Positions 62,581-64,000 of a DNA stretch of 64,000 bases are shown piece by piece (the stretch's first letter is position 1; the number at the start of each line of letters is the position of its first letter). Made by a program: the position numbers and the translations under genes. Origin of the DNA: Ophelia neglecta (lineage: Eukaryota); assembly GCA_965285935.1 (NCBI GenBank), contig OZ260661.1:138694001-138758000 (forward strand), written 5' to 3'. A model generated the notes under the pieces. The model was not told where the DNA came from and made no database searches. It saw nothing but the letters and a program-made list of their open reading frames with translations.

Positions 62581-64000
62581 TGTCAAAAACTATAGTTTTC
62601 CTTCAATCCACCCTTTTATCTTACAAAAGGGTACTAGTTTAGAAAGTCCAGTTGTGAGGCAAATTTGAGAAAATCAGGGGAGGTGACAAGCCAGAGTTCG
62701 CAGGTAGGAAGGCCTATGCAAATGTTTTTATTTTGTAGGGTGATCTTGATTCACTTGTTAGCCAGGCTTTAGGCATGCAAGTTTGTAGCTAAATGTCTAT
62801 AAAACTAAATATGTTTATATTCCTGGGATTAGGCACATACCTGTAGGCATAGACAAACAACCAACACATTTTCCTGTCATTGTGTTGTAGGAATACTGCA
62901 AAATCATATACTTACCAGTAGATCAATTTTTGTGATGTTTTTTTTTAAATTTCAGGCATGCAGGCAGCATTTAACAAGAAAAAATGCACAAACCCAATCT
63001 GATTTGCTCATAGTTTCTGCACTATATAATAGTTCCCATAAATGTATGAATCAGGAAGTAGGGAGTATGAGGCATCAAGACATCAAGACAATATTTCAAG
63101 TAATGAGGAGACCATGTATTCAGACTCATATTTAGAAAATAACCTTGAGCCTAATCAACAGCATTCTCTTAACTTTATTAGTAAACTTAAAGTTCATTTG
63201 ATACATTTCTCTGGCACAAGTGTTTATGTATTACTGATTCTCTTGAATGATTTAACTTTTGTGGAAGTTGCTATAAATGAAAACATTTTATTCTGCAAGG
63301 CAAAGTAACACGCAAGTAGATCTACGGCAAAATACAACATATTCATGAATTCACAAACTTATGAGCATATACTTTGGCTGCACTTATTTACTGCAATAGG
63401 GAATATGCACGAGCAATTTCGTTAAGTTGTGTTTTAAAAGTGCTATCCAATAATATTTTGCATCAGGCAGGTGTCATGTTTCGCAGTAGCCACACTCCAT
63501 ACGCTACACAATCATATTGCGCCCCCGGCTGTGTCCGCTATTACACTATAGTTACAGTTAATATCGATTATAAAGTCATTCATGAACAACATGAAGGTAA
63601 AATACGTAGAGAGTGTTCGGAGCTTTTGCTTCAACACAAATAAATTCTAGTTTCTGAAAGTTCAAACCACATATAGTGGTAGTATAGGCGCTAAATCAAA
63701 AATTACATTTGTTTGACATCTTCTGAATATTCGCTGATTATATAATTTCAGATAATTGCATTTTCTACAAGCTATTAGAAATGCTCATCAATAAAGGAGA
63801 AACTATTACCGTGTTAATAATATCGCAAATTTAAAACCTTTTTGTTGTCACTGCTTTTACTTGTACCTAATTAAAATATATAGTACATTAAATATTTATC
63901 ACATGTAATAAATAGAATTATTCATGAAAAATATTTGGAACGTAACTTTAAAAAACTCATTATAGCCACTCCCGAGCATCCACTTTGATTGCCCTCTGAA

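Overview
AT-rich animal genomic DNA from a draft assembly (N gap at 6141-6289); a lophotrochozoan origin is my inference from the repeat types. The main host gene is a 16-exon minus-strand PARP14-like mono-ADP-ribosyltransferase (ATG 62106 to stop 37156, about 1386 aa by manual splicing): RRM-like repeats, KH-like region, a single macrodomain, WWE, then an ART domain with an H-Y-M triad. Downstream lie a ~96% identical second copy of its last catalytic exon plus 3'UTR (about 30345-31988) and a second spliced gene with a PARP14/NMI-type RRM that appears truncated (6031-641). The rest is largely nested mobile DNA: two CR1/L2-group LINEs, a BEL/Pao LTR element with paired LTRs and TSD, a Gypsy fragment, Harbinger pieces, Helentron-type HINEs, tRNA-SINEs, and a DIRS-order element carrying a retroposed insert and a solo LTR. 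The most striking item is a 2.4-kb Crypton-like element with an intact tyrosine-recombinase ORF. Its terminal hairpin is strand-asymmetric (GAA triloop, tandem GA mismatches every 28 nt), and an internal segment is complementary to the predicted circle junction, which suggests recombination of a folded single-stranded circle. The BEL element shows a self-priming signature instead of a tRNA PBS. All coordinates were counted by hand and no database searches were run.
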